From: Ministeria vibrans ATCC 50519
Taxonomy: Eukaryota; Protista; Filasterea
Length of the DNA stretch: 59,461 nt
Reading direction: 5' to 3'
Assembly: GCA_943704425.1 (NCBI GenBank)
Contig: CALSCP010001405.1
Span: 25,176-84,636 of the forward strand
A program made the translations under genes and the position numbers. The notes beneath the pieces are model-generated. The model saw nothing but the letters and a program-made list of their open reading frames with translations. It did no database searches and was not told where the DNA came from. Of the stretch, positions 1-15,432 are shown one piece after another. Position 1 is the stretch's first letter, and every line of letters starts with the position of its first letter.

Positions 1-45
1 CTCCATTTTTTTTTTTTTTTTTGCCGATTCGTTTGTTTTCTATAG

Positions 46-290
46 AGTGTGATTAGCGCGTGTGGGGAGCGACGAGCATTGTTCCGTCACCTGACACCGC
101 GCAACGAACAAACACCCGAGGCAGCCACAAGCACTCCCGTGCCACTGACTGTTACTGAGAGCAGTGAAGGGAAGCCCATTGGTGAGTCGTCGCCGTTTGG
201 TACGATTGTCGCGAGCACGTCTGACTCGAGTCGAGGTATTTTCATTCCTCATCTCACACATATTATTGAGTGGCGTTTAAAACTCTCGTT

Positions 291-326
<36 letters not shown>

Positions 327-1242
327 GTAGAGTCGGATTTGGATCGACGAGCGCGCGAGAAGGAGGCGCGACGATTGGAGCGAGTGGCGCGACAAGAAGA
401 GATGATGCGACGAAGGAACGAGGAGAAGCGGAACAAGAAGGGTGGGGGGAGTTTGGGGAAGAAGATTGTAGTGCAGGAAGGGGAAGAAGAAGAAAGGACG
501 GCAGAGGAGGATGCGGCGTGGAGTGGAGATGATGGAACAGGCACACAGGAAAAGGCTTGTGGTGCTGTGAATGTGAGTGTCGGGGATTGGAGTGATGATG
601 ATGAGGAGGAGGAAGTGGAAAAAGCTCAAGTGAGTGCACCTGTGAATGTGAGTGTGAGTGTTGGCGAATGGAGTGACGATGAAGAGCCTGTGGGCGATGG
701 GGGCGGTACAGATGATGATGGGGAGGACCTGAGTGCGTTACTGGAGGAGGAGCGCAAGGAGGAAGAACGACGATTGGAGATGGAGAGACTGGAGCGAGAG
801 CAGGAAGCGGAGCGTGAACGAGGAGCACATGCAGCAAAGCAGAAGAAAAGAGAGGCTGAAGCAGCAGCAGCAGCGAGCGCTCAGCGCAGTGCGGTGGAGG
901 GCACTGCGAAAAAGAGTAGTAGTAGTAATGGTGGTGCAGCCGTGACTGACTCTGAGTTTGTGGCGGCTCTCGAACTGGAAGTGAAGCCCGCGAGCAGTGC
1001 AGTCGCCGATGAAGTGGATTTTTTTGCCGACATGACACCCGATATCAAACCTAAACCAGCTGCAGCCGTCTCGTCCATTGTGCCACCAGCAGCAGCAGTT
1101 GCACCGGTGGTTGTGCTTGCGCCAGTCGATCCAGTATGAATATAGGGTGCATCTTTCCTATTTGTGTGTGGCTCTGACATTATCTCTCTCGCTTTAGGAT
1201 GGGGGTGGTGGCGATTGGGGCGACGACGACGACGACTGGTGA
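46..1242 (+). CDS. 3' part of a SCYL3/PACE-1-like protein (acidic tail). Exons ~46-236, 331-1132, 1198-1242; the 5' end lies outside the window
   Basis: Motif EVDFFADMTPDIKPK and the terminal DGGGGDWGDDDDDW* resemble the SCYL3 C-terminus (WFADMIPEIKP...WEDNNW). EBAG9 has a similar FxDMTP motif. GT-AG introns; TGA at 1240-1242. Confidence 0.55.
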
Positions 1243-1582
1243 ATGTACACATTGAATTATTATAAAATTATCCTCTCTGCGAAACCACCATTGATCATTG
1301 CGACTCATCTCTTTGTCCAAACATTGGAACGTGCTCTAGTTTTCTTTCCACTCAAATTGTCTGTCAGTGCTTCCAAAATTTTACTGGTTCCCTCTGCGAA
1401 ACGAGTCTTCTTCTTCTCTTTGCCACATCGATTGTCACAGTCACTCCTTCTCCCTCTTATCCGATTCAAGACCACACCATAACCACTGATACTCTGTCGA
1501 ATCCCATTGGATCTTTTATTCGCGGACTGACAGTAAGAGAACAGTTTCAATGTATACATTGTGTGATCATTGTGTGTTGTAG

Positions 1583-1795
1583 ATTCAAGTGAGTCTCATT
1601 CACTCTTACACTCGCGATTTACAAATTTATGTGAAGAGTCCCGGAGGGATTGAAGTAAGTGTTTGCACTGTGTGAATATTTTGACTGAGTATGTTAGTTT
1701 GTTTGAGTCTCAATAATGCTGATGATGACGATGAGTTGCCCGCCTACGACGATCTTCTCAGTGCAGCTAAAGCACCCCCCGCCAGCGCCGAATAA
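1583..1795 (+). pseudogene. Orphan exon fragments: a proprotein-convertase P-domain-like exon (1583-1654) and an LPAY-containing terminal fragment
   Basis: AG|IQVSLIHSYTRDLQIYVKSPGGIE|GTAAGT resembles the P-domain pattern VxIxHxxRGDLxIxLxSPxG. The downstream piece DDDDELPAYDDLL...* is in an incompatible phase. Confidence 0.3.
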
Positions 1796-2347
1796 ACAGG
1801 GCGAGAGCAAGCCTGAGAGAACACATTAAGAGACAGAGAGTATCCTGTACCAATTATTCATAATATTCTTAATAATAACTAAGAAAATAAATAGAGAATA
1901 GAGCTGTACTCAATGTCAAAAATTGCAACTTATTCATATGAACATAAAACAACCGAGTAAACCGGTGATGGAATCGGCTGTTTTGTGAACATAGCGGGAA
2001 GTGGATTTTTGATTATTGGATAAATTTTCGTTGATCCCCCGATCACTCGTGTTAGTGTTAGTGACTTAGTGTTGCACACGCACGGGCTCTGTTCGCTGTG
2101 CTCCAATGGAAACGAGAAAATAAACTGATTTCATTTGATGAGTATCAGTCAAGACCATACGCTATCGAGTCAATTTTGGAATTTTTACAAATTTCCGCGA
2201 TTTTGCTTCCACAGCCACTCATTCAATGACCCGATTCGCCTAGGACAACTGGCGCGAGCTGATTTGTCTATTTATTTTTCGTTTTTTTTAGGCACCGAAA
2301 AAGGTGTTATAACTTATACGCAATGAAAATCAACTTTTTGTTCAACT

Positions 2348-2644
2348 TTGTGTCTTTGTCCCACTTCCTTTGGAGCTTCATTTTTTCTCCTTGTCCACCA
2401 ACGTGCTGCAGTGTGTGCCAGTGACTATGTGATGATCTCGGGACTTGACGGGCCCTTCACCGAAGACCAGTGGATGGCGATGGACCGCGCGAGCTTTGAA
2501 CAGGCCATACGTACCGTCGCACGTCGTACACGGGAGAGCACTCACCACGGGCTTCTCAACTTGGATGTTGAAGCCAATGAGCATTTGACCACTCTCACGG
2601 AGTACTTTAAGCTTGGCAAGTATTGGACGTCGCAGTCATTGTAA
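2348..2644 (+). CDS. Small convergent ORF of unknown function inside the TIR element
   Basis: The segment MISGLDGPFTEDQWMAMDRASFEQAIRTVARR...WTSQSL looks protein-like. No family recognised. Confidence 0.3.
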   Translation: MCLCPTSFGASFFLLVHQRAAVCASDYVMISGLDGPFTEDQWMAMDRASFEQAIRTVARRTRESTHHGLLNLDVEANEHLTTLTEYFKLGKYWTSQSL

Positions 2645-2703
2645 TAGTAATGTACACCTCTGTACGGTTGCAAGTTGAACAACTTATGCAACATCGTATC
2701 AAG

Positions 2704-4800
2704 TTAGGCGTGCTCGCCGTGACTATCACCATCGTCGAAGTTGGTATAGTCGCCATCGTCGTCTTCGACGTCGTCATGGCTTTCATCAGGTGTACCGCTT
2801 GGCTGGCTCGTCGTAGTTGTAGTCGTTGTCGTTGAAGTAGTCGTCATCGGGGGAAGAGCGACGCCCTGCGAAGCAAGCAACAGTCGGAGTAGGTGGTTCG
2901 TTTCTTGTTGTGCTTCATNNNNNNNNNNNNNNNNNNNNNNNNNNNNNNNNNNNNNNNNNNNNNNNNNNNNNNNNNNNNNNNNNNNNNNNNNNNNNNNNNN
3001 NNNNNNNNNNNNNNNNNNNNNNNNNNNNNNNNNNNNNNNNNNNNNNNNNNNNNNNNNNNNNNNNNNNNNNNNNNNNNNNNNNNNNNNNNNNNNNNNNNNN
3101 NNNNNNNNNNNNNNNNNNNNNNNNNNNNNNNNNNNNNNNNNNNNNNNNNNNNNNNNNNNNNNNNNNNNNNNNNNNNNNNNNNNNNNNNNNNNNNNNNNNN
3201 NNNNNNNNNNNNNNNNNNNNNNNNNNNNNNNNNNNNNNNNNNNNNNNNNNNNNNNNNNNNNNNNNNNNNNNNNNNNNNNNNNNNNNNNNNNNNNNNNNNN
3301 NNNNNNNNNNNNNNNNNNNNNNNNNNNNNNNNNNNNNNNNNNNNNNNNNNNNNNNNNNNNNNNNNNNNNNNNNNNNNNATTCACAGATCACGGATGTGTG
3401 TCCATGTTAATATTTACTGTTTATGGAGGGCACGCCTTTCTTTCTGTTCTTTGCCAGCCTGGTCAAAGCGTTCACGGCGACGTGTAATCCGTATTATGAG
3501 AAACGCAATGAGCTGCATCCGCCTCACGTCCGTTGCGGATGGGAATTTTCCCCTATAGTATGCCTGGGCAAATGCATCCATTCCGCCCGCCTCCTCCGCC
3601 AAACGCGTGTACTTATGATCAAAGTCCTAAGATGAGTGAAGGAAGAGGCCGGATATGGTTGGTGGTTCAGAATACATAAGTATGTAATGACCACTTATAC
3701 TCACACGCAGCATATTCATATGAATGATATCCCATACACCCAAACACATGGAATTGAAGCCTCACGCAACATAATGGTATTCGCAATATATTTATACTAT
3801 ACGTTCCCCATGCCATGCCTACCTCTGGCCCAGAGTCTTCAACGTTTTCAAGAAAGCCATCACTGAAGACTCTCTGTTCCATATTTCTGTACATAGCTGC
3901 AAGTTGGCGACCAGTGACGTTAGGAGCGGGATTAGTGATCGCGTTGGAAATAAGAGCCTGGTTGAGCGCGTCGGCTGCACTCTCACAGACCCTCTTGAAG
4001 GTCCACGCCTCGCTGCTCCTGACAACCATGTCCTGTTCAGGTGCGTTCGCGTTGTTGACTACGCGCGTCTTGTACGCCTTGTCGTTCAACTCAATGTGGA
4101 AGAGGACAAACTACAGGCAATTAACCACATGTAATCACAACACGCGTGATATTAGTTGAATTAATGCACAACTCTTACTAATACTTGAGGCTCTTTCTTA
4201 CCAATGCCGCATCAAGTTTATCCTTAACGAGAGCTTTTGAAAGCTGCCCTTGTTTCGTTGTGGGGTTTTGTTTAACGCCAAAGGATCGCGCGAGATTGCT
4301 AGCATGCTCACCACCCGGTTTGAGAATACGCCCCGGGTTTGTCGCCTTCTCTAGGTCTTCGGAATTGGCGTCGCTGGAGTCCGCCTCGCTGGGGTGAATG
4401 CTGAAATCGTCTTCAGAATGATCACTCTCTCCATCCGATGCGGGTTCCTCCACGATGGACGTATCGTCATATACATTCGTCTCCACGCTGGCTGAGGCGC
4501 CCTGGCGGCTTCGCTTGTGCTTGACGGTGACAGTTTCAGTGCTGTTCATCGGCTTTGCTTCGACTTTGCCGTTTTCCGTGGTATGCGACGATGGCGAAGC
4601 AGCGCGCTTCTTTGACTGTTCATATGGGACCAACGGCCCATTGGTATACACAGGAGACCCGGAGTGCATCGCCGAATAGTCTTTTTTGGCTCCACGTCGG
4701 AGCCGAGTAGACGCGCTCGACTGCGTATTTTCTGACGCGAAAAAAAAAATCAAGGTTAAATACGAGGCAGCATCTGGTCTCGTCTTGTACACTGGATGCA
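2704..4800 (-). CDS. Multi-exon protein inside the TIR element: acidic/basic N-terminus, possible Myb/SANT-like helix bundle, coiled-coil and acidic tail
   Basis: Exons join through GT-AG sites (AAL|FVLFHIELNDKAY...GPE|DFDHKY...HK|gap|EAQQETNHLLRLLL...*). The segment WTFKRVCESAADALN...VTGRQLAAMYRNME resembles Myb/SANT-like domains. Start codon uncertain. Confidence 0.45.
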
Positions 4801-5407
4801 TATCTAAGTGTAGGGGTTGGCAGGAACTCGATTTTCGTCCATTCTCAAGTGACGCCAAAATTGAATTTTGCGTTTTCGCGCGAAAATCGCAAAGTTAAGA
4901 GCCACTATTTCGCGAACAATACACACTCGTGGCACCCTACCTGACATTAGCACGGGAGCGAAAGTCAATTTTTTTTCCAAAAAACTGACTTTTGGCGAAA
5001 AAGTCAATTTTGATTTTTGTATCTCGCACCCAAGAAAAATAACAAAATCAAGTTATACTTCACTCTGTTAGTGCACTTGGACCAGTCTATCTGATAGTTG
5101 GGAGCTTAGCGCCGGAGGCGAAAATCGAAAAAGTTGACCTGATAGCGTATGGTCTAGAGTGAGTATTGAGGACAAACACTTTTTCGCTTTTGCTGTCTGT
5201 TCGGGATTGTGGGGGGTGCATTCGAGTTCGATTGCGAGCTTAAATCTGTCCAATTGCAATTCTGACCTTTGGGCGTAGCTTTGTATTACTCTTTTATGTG
5301 TGTTTGTCGATTGCATTTTATCCAAGTTCAAACGATGGTTTAGATTTTTTCATTAATTAATCATTTTAGAATAATATTTTTATTGTTTGATATATATCTA
5401 TATATCA

Positions 5408-5848
5408 ATGGGAAAGAAACGGGTACTGGAAGAAGCAGACGAAGTGGACACAGCAGGGGCGGGGGGAGCGACGGCGAAGAAAGCGAAAGGCAAAGGAAAA
5501 GCGATCGAGTCGTTTAGTCTCCGGATTGAACATTGGTACGTCGGACTGTGGGGTTGTGGAGGGGCGGGAGGCTGACGCAGACGTGGTGGGGCGTGTTGTA
5601 GTGTGTCGTGATCGACGTACAAGCGGCGCGGGGCTGAGTTTGAGGCGGCATTGCGTGTGGCGTTTCCTCTCGCGACGATTGTGCGCAATGCGGAGAAGCC
5701 GCGCCGCAATGCGTTCGAATGCACCATGGTGGACGACGCTAGCGGGCGCGAGACGGTCGTGCACACGGGCATCCGCAAAGGACCGCCGCGTAAGCTCAAA
5801 TGGCCTGATCATGATCAAGTCATAAGTGCGATTCGAGCGGCGATGTGA
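5408..5848 (+). CDS. SELENOH: Selenoprotein H (Rdx/thioredoxin-like, CxxU). Exons 5408-5535 and 5602-5848; Sec TGA at 5609-5611
   Basis: Splicing gives IEHC-V-S-U-STYKRR...KPRRNAFE...TGIRKGPPRKLKWP, matching SelH (EHCTSURVY...KPRRGSFE...TGIKKGPPRKLKFP). Basic NLS-like N-terminus. Confidence 0.93.
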
Positions 5849-5895
5849 GCGCCCGGCGCCACGACGACACGCTGGGCGGGGTGTGAACGACCAAC

Positions 5896-5969
5896 AACAA
5901 GCCGATGAGGACGCATGCTGGAAAGTGCTGCCGTAGACGGAGCATCAGCAGTGTCGGATGGACTTTTGT
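5896..5969 (+). promoter_or_regulatory. SECIS element (type II) in the SelH 3' UTR
   Basis: ATGA at 5905-5908 and GA at 5957-5958 form the core. Helix GACGC-A-TGCTG pairs with CAGCA-GTGTC. Unpaired AAA at 5922-5924, followed by an apical ministem. Confidence 0.85.
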
Positions 5970-6342
5970 AATGTTTAGTCATACTCCTTTCTGCATTTTG
6001 ATCGTATTAAGAAGAGTCGAGTAGAAAGTTATCTCTTTCATTTGTGTCTTCCTGATTATGGCTTGCACAGTCGTATGTCGTGTCAGACAGACGTGTCTGG
6101 ACTCTGGGCAGAGAGTCTGGCCATCACTCCTCACTTATCAGCATGTACCTAATAACTTTTCTCTGTTACTGTTTTCATATATATATATTGTGTGTTCCCG
6201 CGCGATCTACCAGTGAGTGCTCTACGAAATGTGTACGTCCAGGCCGCATGGAGTGCGATGGACTTTGGCTAAGCGATGATTGTGCTACCGTCAGGGAAGT
6301 ATGAGGAGCGGAGTGTACTGCAGAAGGAGGATCTGAGGAGAC

Positions 6343-6453
6343 TGGCAAGAGCAGTGTAGTGTGCACCAGTGGTGGGAGTAGAGAGTGAGCTGGGCAAGAG
6401 CAGCGCAGTGTGCACCAGTGGTGGGAGTAGAGGGTGAGCTGGGCAAGAGCAGT
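6343..6453. repeat. 49-bp tandem minisatellite running into an N gap
   Basis: GGCAAGAGCAG recurs at 6344, 6393 and 6442 with near-identical intervening sequence. Gap at 6454-6586. Confidence 0.85.
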
Positions 6454-6712
6454 NNNNNNNNNNNNNNNNNNNNNNNNNNNNNNNNNNNNNNNNNNNNNNN
6501 NNNNNNNNNNNNNNNNNNNNNNNNNNNNNNNNNNNNNNNNNNNNNNNNNNNNNNNNNNNNNNNNNNNNNNNNNNNNNNNNNNNNNNGGGGGATAACGGAT
6601 TGGGGTTGGGAGGGTGAATCACTGGGTAGAATTACTTTTGAAGTTCGACTTGTTTAATTTTTCTCCATTTTTTCTTCTTTTTTAGTTCTCCTTTTGTAAT
6701 TTATTGATGTTC

Positions 6713-6812
<100 letters not shown>

Positions 6813-6841
6813 TAAATTCGTTGTGCGCGTGACGCAATTGT

Positions 6842-9497
<2,656 letters not shown>

Positions 9498-9745
9498 CAA
9501 AAATATTGTTTTTTTTTTGTTAATTATTTCACGACTATTAATTCTGTGAATACACACTGACTCATTGTTCATTGATTGGCACTCATTGTTCAATTTTCAT
9601 TCATGTAATGATGTAAATCCTGTTGTTGGAGTGTCAAGACTCACGTGGTCTTTGACTCATATCTCATGTTTATTATCTAACGACAATAATAATTCACTTA
9701 TCAGAAATATAATATTTAGTCACACCACACACACACACACACACG

Positions 9746-10641
9746 ATGCCGCGAGGATCGTCGAATGGGAAACGCAAACAGCATCAGAACAAGACTGCGT
9801 TCAATCCAGTCAAGCATGGCGATTCCAAAGCCCAGAAAGTTCTCAACACTCCCATTGAAAAGGTAAGCGACCCTCTTCGCCATGAGTTCACTGGCTTCTG
9901 ACGCGCCTTGCTTCGTCCGCATGCGGCCGTGTCTCCCGATGCACTGGTGTGTGCAGGTGTGCCGACCGTGCGCGGATATTATCCAGTGGAAGAAGCAGTT
10001 CAAGCGATACAAGGCACGGACGATTCCCGGCTCGTGTCTCGTGTGTCACGAAAAGAAAGTGGTAGGCGCAAGCACAGAGGGCACTGCGCGCCCCACGCAC
10101 ACTCACACACACTCACACACACACCCCCCATGGGCATGGGCTGGCCATTACTCCGTCGTCCTCACCGCGTTTTTCTCCTTCTTTCCGTCTGCAATGCGCT
10201 CTCACTCACTCACTCACTCACTCACTCACTCACTCACTCACTCTACCTCTCTCTCTGGCACAGTTCTTTGCGTACCATGTCTTGTGCCAGGGCTGTGCAA
10301 GTGCCGCCAAAGTGTGTGCCAAGTGTCGCAAGTCGTCAGAGCTTGTCCCAGACGCACCCCGGCCCGAAGTGGAAGTGGACAAGGAACGCGAACTGATCAT
10401 GCGCGAAATGAGTGAGCGCGAGCGACGGACCTTTTTGAGGAAACTTGCGCGTGAAGCGGAAGCCGCAGAGGCAGCCGAGAAGGGCGAGCTGGAAGGGATA
10501 GAGGACACACTTGAAGGGGTTACAGTGGACGAGAAGGAAGACGACGACGATGAAGAAGAAGAAGAAGAGGAGGAGGAGGAGGAGGAGGAGGAGGAGGAGG
10601 AAGAGGAAGGCGATGCGCGCAAGGTTAAATTTGCACAATAG
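9746..10641 (+). CDS. C9orf85: C9orf85-like (DUF2039) Cys-rich protein. Exons 9746-9862, 9957-10061, 10264-10641
   Basis: QHQNKTAF...VCRPCADIIQWKKQFKRYK...CLVC...AYHVLCQGC...VCAKC, then an acidic tail. Confidence 0.8.
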
Positions 10642-10695
10642 AAAAAATAGTTTGAGAGAGATTCACTTGTATACAACACACTTTTTTTTCATTTA

Positions 10696-12060
10696 TTACA
10701 CATCGCGATCTTTGTGTCGCTCGGTTGATTCCTTATAGTAATTGTAGCGACTTCTGCGCGACTCGGGCGCACCACTGTGAGAGTGCCAGTCGGTGTGTCC
10801 CTCACTTGTCGTTGTACTTTCTCTCTTCTTCTTCTTATGCCTCCGCCTCTCGTCTTCTTCTTCGTCTCGTTGGTGCTGTTCGTCACGTTCCTCTTCCTCT
10901 CTCGTCCGCTTCTTCTTCTTCTTACTCTTCTTACTCTTCTTCTGCTTTGCGTCTCTCTTTGACGCTCTGCCTCTCTCGTCACTCTCATTTGGTTCCCTTC
11001 CCATTTGCTCATCCAGTTTGCGAAACAACCGTCGCTTTTCGGCCGTCGAGAGCGATCGAATAAACGCCATGTCACTCATTCCCGACTGCACAGCCAATCG
11101 CATTGCCCGCACAAGTCCATTGCCCGTTCGCTCGCCCGTTCGCACTCGCTCTGCCGCGTCTTCCGACTCCGACTCCGAGTCTGACTCGGACACTCGTCGC
11201 TCCTCTTCCTCTTCGTCAACCAACTGCTGGTTTGCCATGCGCGGATCCACCACGCGTTGACCCAGTGCCGTTGCCTTAAGCGTGAGTCCGTGGCTCTTGC
11301 GCATGTCCACCATGAGCTGCAGTGGATCCATAAACGCCGGACGCGATGCTTCGCCGTCCCCCTTGAGCTGTCCGTAGCGTGCGCACTCCCGATCCGTGTG
11401 GATGTGTCCCCGCACGCCGCATGCGTGGCACTTCATTGTGCGTGTCCACTCTTTGCCAAACGGCTTGTCGCGTACCGTCTCGAGTGCCTCGGTGAACCGT
11501 CCGGCGCGCGGCGCCACTCGCTCGACTCCTTGCTCCTCCTCCTCCGCCCCATCCTCCTCCTGCCGCTGCGGTCGGCTCTCTCGTTGCGCAAACAAGCTCA
11601 ACTCGGGCGCATCTCGGTCGTCCGCGTCCCCGCCATCCTCACGACTGCGCTGCTGTCGACGCAGCTTCTCTCGCTCTTGAGCGGCGTCAAAGCCAGGCGG
11701 CACTTGATACATAAAGCGCACCGATTGCGCCAGTCGCATCTTTTCTCGCTCCTTCTCGTCTGTGCTGCACGCAAGCCGTGTCTCAAAGGTTGCCTAGCAG
11801 CGAAACAGGGTAGGGGGTAAGCGGGGAAGGAGACAACAAGAGAGAGAGAGAGAGAATCCATTACCTGTTCCTTCTCAAAATCCTTTTGCATTTCCTTCGC
11901 GCGCCTCGTATTGTCACGCTCCTCTTCCTCGGCCATCCACACACGTCTTACATTGTCCAGACGTTGTGGATGAAACCATTTGTGACACTTCGTTGACAAT
12001 GTAAGTTCGAGTCAAAAAATAAATTAATATCAAAAGTACCATAAATTTCCCAATCGACAT
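10696..12060 (-). CDS. CIR1: CIR1 (corepressor interacting with RBPJ / splicing factor), 3 exons
   Basis: Spliced FM|CHKWFHP...VWMAE...KEQ (Cir_N), FMYQVPPG, zinc knuckle CHACGVRGHIHTDREC, and a K/R/E-rich tail. Confidence 0.85.
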
Positions 12061-12247
12061 GGCGAGCGAAAGTAGTCAGTAGTGAGTAGTTTGGATGTAA
12101 GTCGATAGTTGTAACACGATATAACAAACAAAAAAATGATTGATCATTGAACAAATTCAACAAAAACTAAAATTTCACTTTTCTAAGTCAACTTGAATAG
12201 AAAAACACCCAGGTGACCGACGTCTAACACGCTATACATATACCAAA

Positions 12248-13156
12248 ATGAGCTGCACTGAAGGACAACACACCGGCGGTACTGTCTGGTAAGTGGTTTT
12301 TTATTTTTTGACATTTTGATCGCAATTCATCCTTGATCACGTTATTCACGCCGCCCGCCTCCCCTCTGATTATTTTGATTCGCTTCCTTGACAAATACAC
12401 TGTGTAACATGGACGGCCAGCTGTGGTACACGAACCATTGCCCAAACACACTCCGTTGAGCTCTACGCGACTGTCATGTGTTGCGCGTTTATTTGGTGTT
12501 TATTTCCCGAATGAGCCGTCGCTCGTGCGCTCGTCTGCCTCGCGCACATGTGTGTTTGCTCTATTTGTGTGCATACCGCGCCGAATGCACTGCTCTCGGC
12601 GCTGAATAGCCCGTTTTCCGCCACATCGTGATTTTTGGTTGTCTTTTTTTCTACTGCTCCATCTCACGGCGTCTGTACGCGCCGACTCCACCTGATCCGT
12701 GTTCAATGGCACGTAACACACTGCGCCCCAGCGAATGGGCGCGTCCCTGGTGCCTCCTAAGGCCCTTTTGACTCTCATGCATGACTTTTTGTCCTTTGGT
12801 CCCTTTTTTTTGTCTTTTTTTCTCTCTCTTCTGTCTGTCATTGTTTAGTCCTCTCACACACCCCACACGCTTTTTTTGGACTTAAATGACATTGCATGGT
12901 GGTGTGCGTTCTTCTTGTTGTCTTATTCTTCTTTGAAGCGCATCTGACGTTTTTTTTTTGACACTCTCTTTTGTTTCCTTCTTCTTCAGGACTGATCATT
13001 ACGGTCGTCTTGCTGAGACACCCTCGACCTCCGCCTCGAAAGACGACGTAAGTTTTTGTCTAGTAGCGAATCACAATGTCATTCATTTGATACTCTCTCT
13101 CTCTCTCTCTATCACTTTGTTTCTCTCTCCTTTCTCTCTCTATCACTTTGTTTCTT

Positions 13157-13238
<82 letters not shown>

Positions 13239-13964
13239 CTTTGTTTCTCTTCTTTCTCTCTCTCTATCACTTTGTTTCTCTTCTTTCTCTCTCTTGACTC
13301 GCTTTAGGTTCCTCTTCATGCTGTTGCGGGCTGGTGGGACGTGCCCACCGAGGTGTGGAACGAGTATGTGATGGACGTGGTGGACGGAAGATTAAAAGGC
13401 GGCGAGAAGGTGTTTGATGCGGGCTGTGGTGTGCTTGCCTTCCTCTCGGCGGTGCACAAGCAGTTGCCTGGCGGCCTGGATGCCGCCGGCATGGACGGAG
13501 CGTCTGCTGTGATCACCCAGTTGCAAGAGGAACTGGCGCCTCGACTGGGCTTCCAGCCGTCCAACTTCCACTGCGGTCTTCTGCCCGAGGGTGTCGCAGT
13601 CATCCCCAATGCAAACTTTGACGGGTGCGTGTGCCACAGTGTCTTCCAGTACCTCACAAAAGAGGCGGCGGAGAAGAGTGTCTTTGAGATGCTCCGCGTG
13701 ACGAAACCGGGCGGTGTGGTCATCATCGCCGACGTGTGCGACGAGGCGACCAAGGAGGTGCAGGAGCGATGGATGGAGGCGCACTTTGAGCGTGAGTCGA
13801 TCAACTACGGCGAGTCCCTCCCACGCCACACATACTACTCCAAGGCCTGGTTTGACCGTTTCATCACGCCGGAGGGCGCTGCTTCTCTCAGCATCCGTCA
13901 TGTCCAGACCGAGGGCTACGTCCGTCGCATTCACCGTTTCTGCGTTTACCTCACAAAGGCCTGA
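12248..13964 (+). CDS. Class I SAM-dependent methyltransferase. Exons ~12248-12288, 12990-13047, 13308-13964
   Basis: Motif I VFDAGCG, CHSVFQYL and MLRVTKPGG. Exon phases are compatible. Confidence 0.8.
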
Positions 13965-14236
13965 ACACACAGACAAAATTTAATCATTCTTTTCCCTATC
14001 GTTATGTAAGAATTTTTTGCAGTACAACACCGTTTACTTCCTCTCTTGTTCTGTAACATACGACTAAACGCATCGATACAATTATCCATCCGGCGAACAA
14101 TAAGCCGACGCCCGACAACAAGTCTAAAGCATCCAAACATTTTGAAAGATCGCAATCTAATTATTAAATTATTTCTAATAATAATTTAATATAATTAATT
14201 TTTGCTTCTTTCACCCCCACTTCCCTTCCCTTGACA

Positions 14237-14316
14237 ATGAACTTGTCCTCCGCCGGAGCACCGGAAAAAGATCTCCTTTACGCGGGTTTCAACCAAGATT
14301 TATCGTACGCTGTTTT

Positions 14317-14360
<44 letters not shown>

Positions 14361-14829
14361 TCCCTCTCTCTGCGTCCTTGCGCCCCTGTTCATTCTCAAC
14401 TGTTCCCCTGGCACTGCCTCTCTCTATACACCATGCGCCCCTTACTCTCTCGCGGTCGTTTTGTGCCCTGACACTCACATTTTCGTTTGTGGGTCGATTT
14501 CAAGTTCAACACTTTGCTTTTTCTTCGTTTTCTAGATGTCTGACAGTCGGCACTCGCAAGGGATACAGACTCTTCCATTGCGACCCGTTCAAGCCATGCC
14601 ATTTGAATGGTACGTTGAAAGCATTAACAGCTCAAGTGACGTTTTTTCCGACACAAAAAAAATTTAATACTGTGTCGACATTTTTCGAGTTCACTCGTTT
14701 GTGCCTCACACTGAGCATCATTGTAGACGAGGGAGGCACCAGTGCTGTTGAAATGCTCTTCTGTACCTCTCTGGTAAGTTGAATCGCCGCCACCGTCTGT
14801 GTCTTATTTTCGTTGGTCGGTCGACTGGT

Positions 14830-14861
<32 letters not shown>

Positions 14862-15191
14862 GTGAAACGTCATTTTGCTCTACGCACACGCTTTACACGG
14901 CGGTGTGGGCGGCATGTGGGATACAGAGAGCAGAAGGCGGATGGTTCTGTGAGAGCGAGCGAGCGAGTGTGAGTGAGTGAGCGAGTGATGGGTTTGTCTT
15001 GTGTGTTCGTGCAGATAGTGCGTGTTGGCAGTGGCGAGCAGGCGCACCAGTCGCCCCGGCGCGTCCAGGTCGCCAACACCAAGCGCCAGAGCGTCATTTG
15101 CGAGCTTCCCTTCCAAGACTCTGTGCTTGCCGTCAGGGTACGCTGCACAGGCCGTTGGTTGTGTGACTCTTTGTCCTTTTGCTGACCTGCG

Positions 15192-15222
<31 letters not shown>

Positions 15223-15394
15223 CGAACAGGTCAACCGAAAACGATTGGTGGCAGTTTTGGAAGAGCGCGTGCACGTCTTTGACATTGGCAACATGAAACT
15301 TGTCCACACCATTCTGACTCCATGGTAAGGCCGAGGAGTATAGTGTCAAGGAGAAGATATTTATGCGGTGCTATGTTTTGTTTTTGTTTTTTTT

Positions 15395-15432
<38 letters not shown>

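Larger units (their letters stand above)
2152..5155. mobile_element. Putative non-autonomous DNA transposon bounded by terminal inverted repeats
   Basis: AGACCATACGCTATC at 2152-2166 has its exact reverse complement at 5141-5155, with imperfect similarity for ~15-20 more bases. Internal spliced ORFs present. No clear TSD. N gap at 2919-3378. Confidence 0.6.

Noticed and set aside
2893-3558. X-rich ORFs
   Set aside because: Artefacts of the N gap.
6343-6453. CRISPR-like periodic repeat
   Set aside because: The units are identical tandem copies without unique spacers, in a eukaryotic context with no cas genes.
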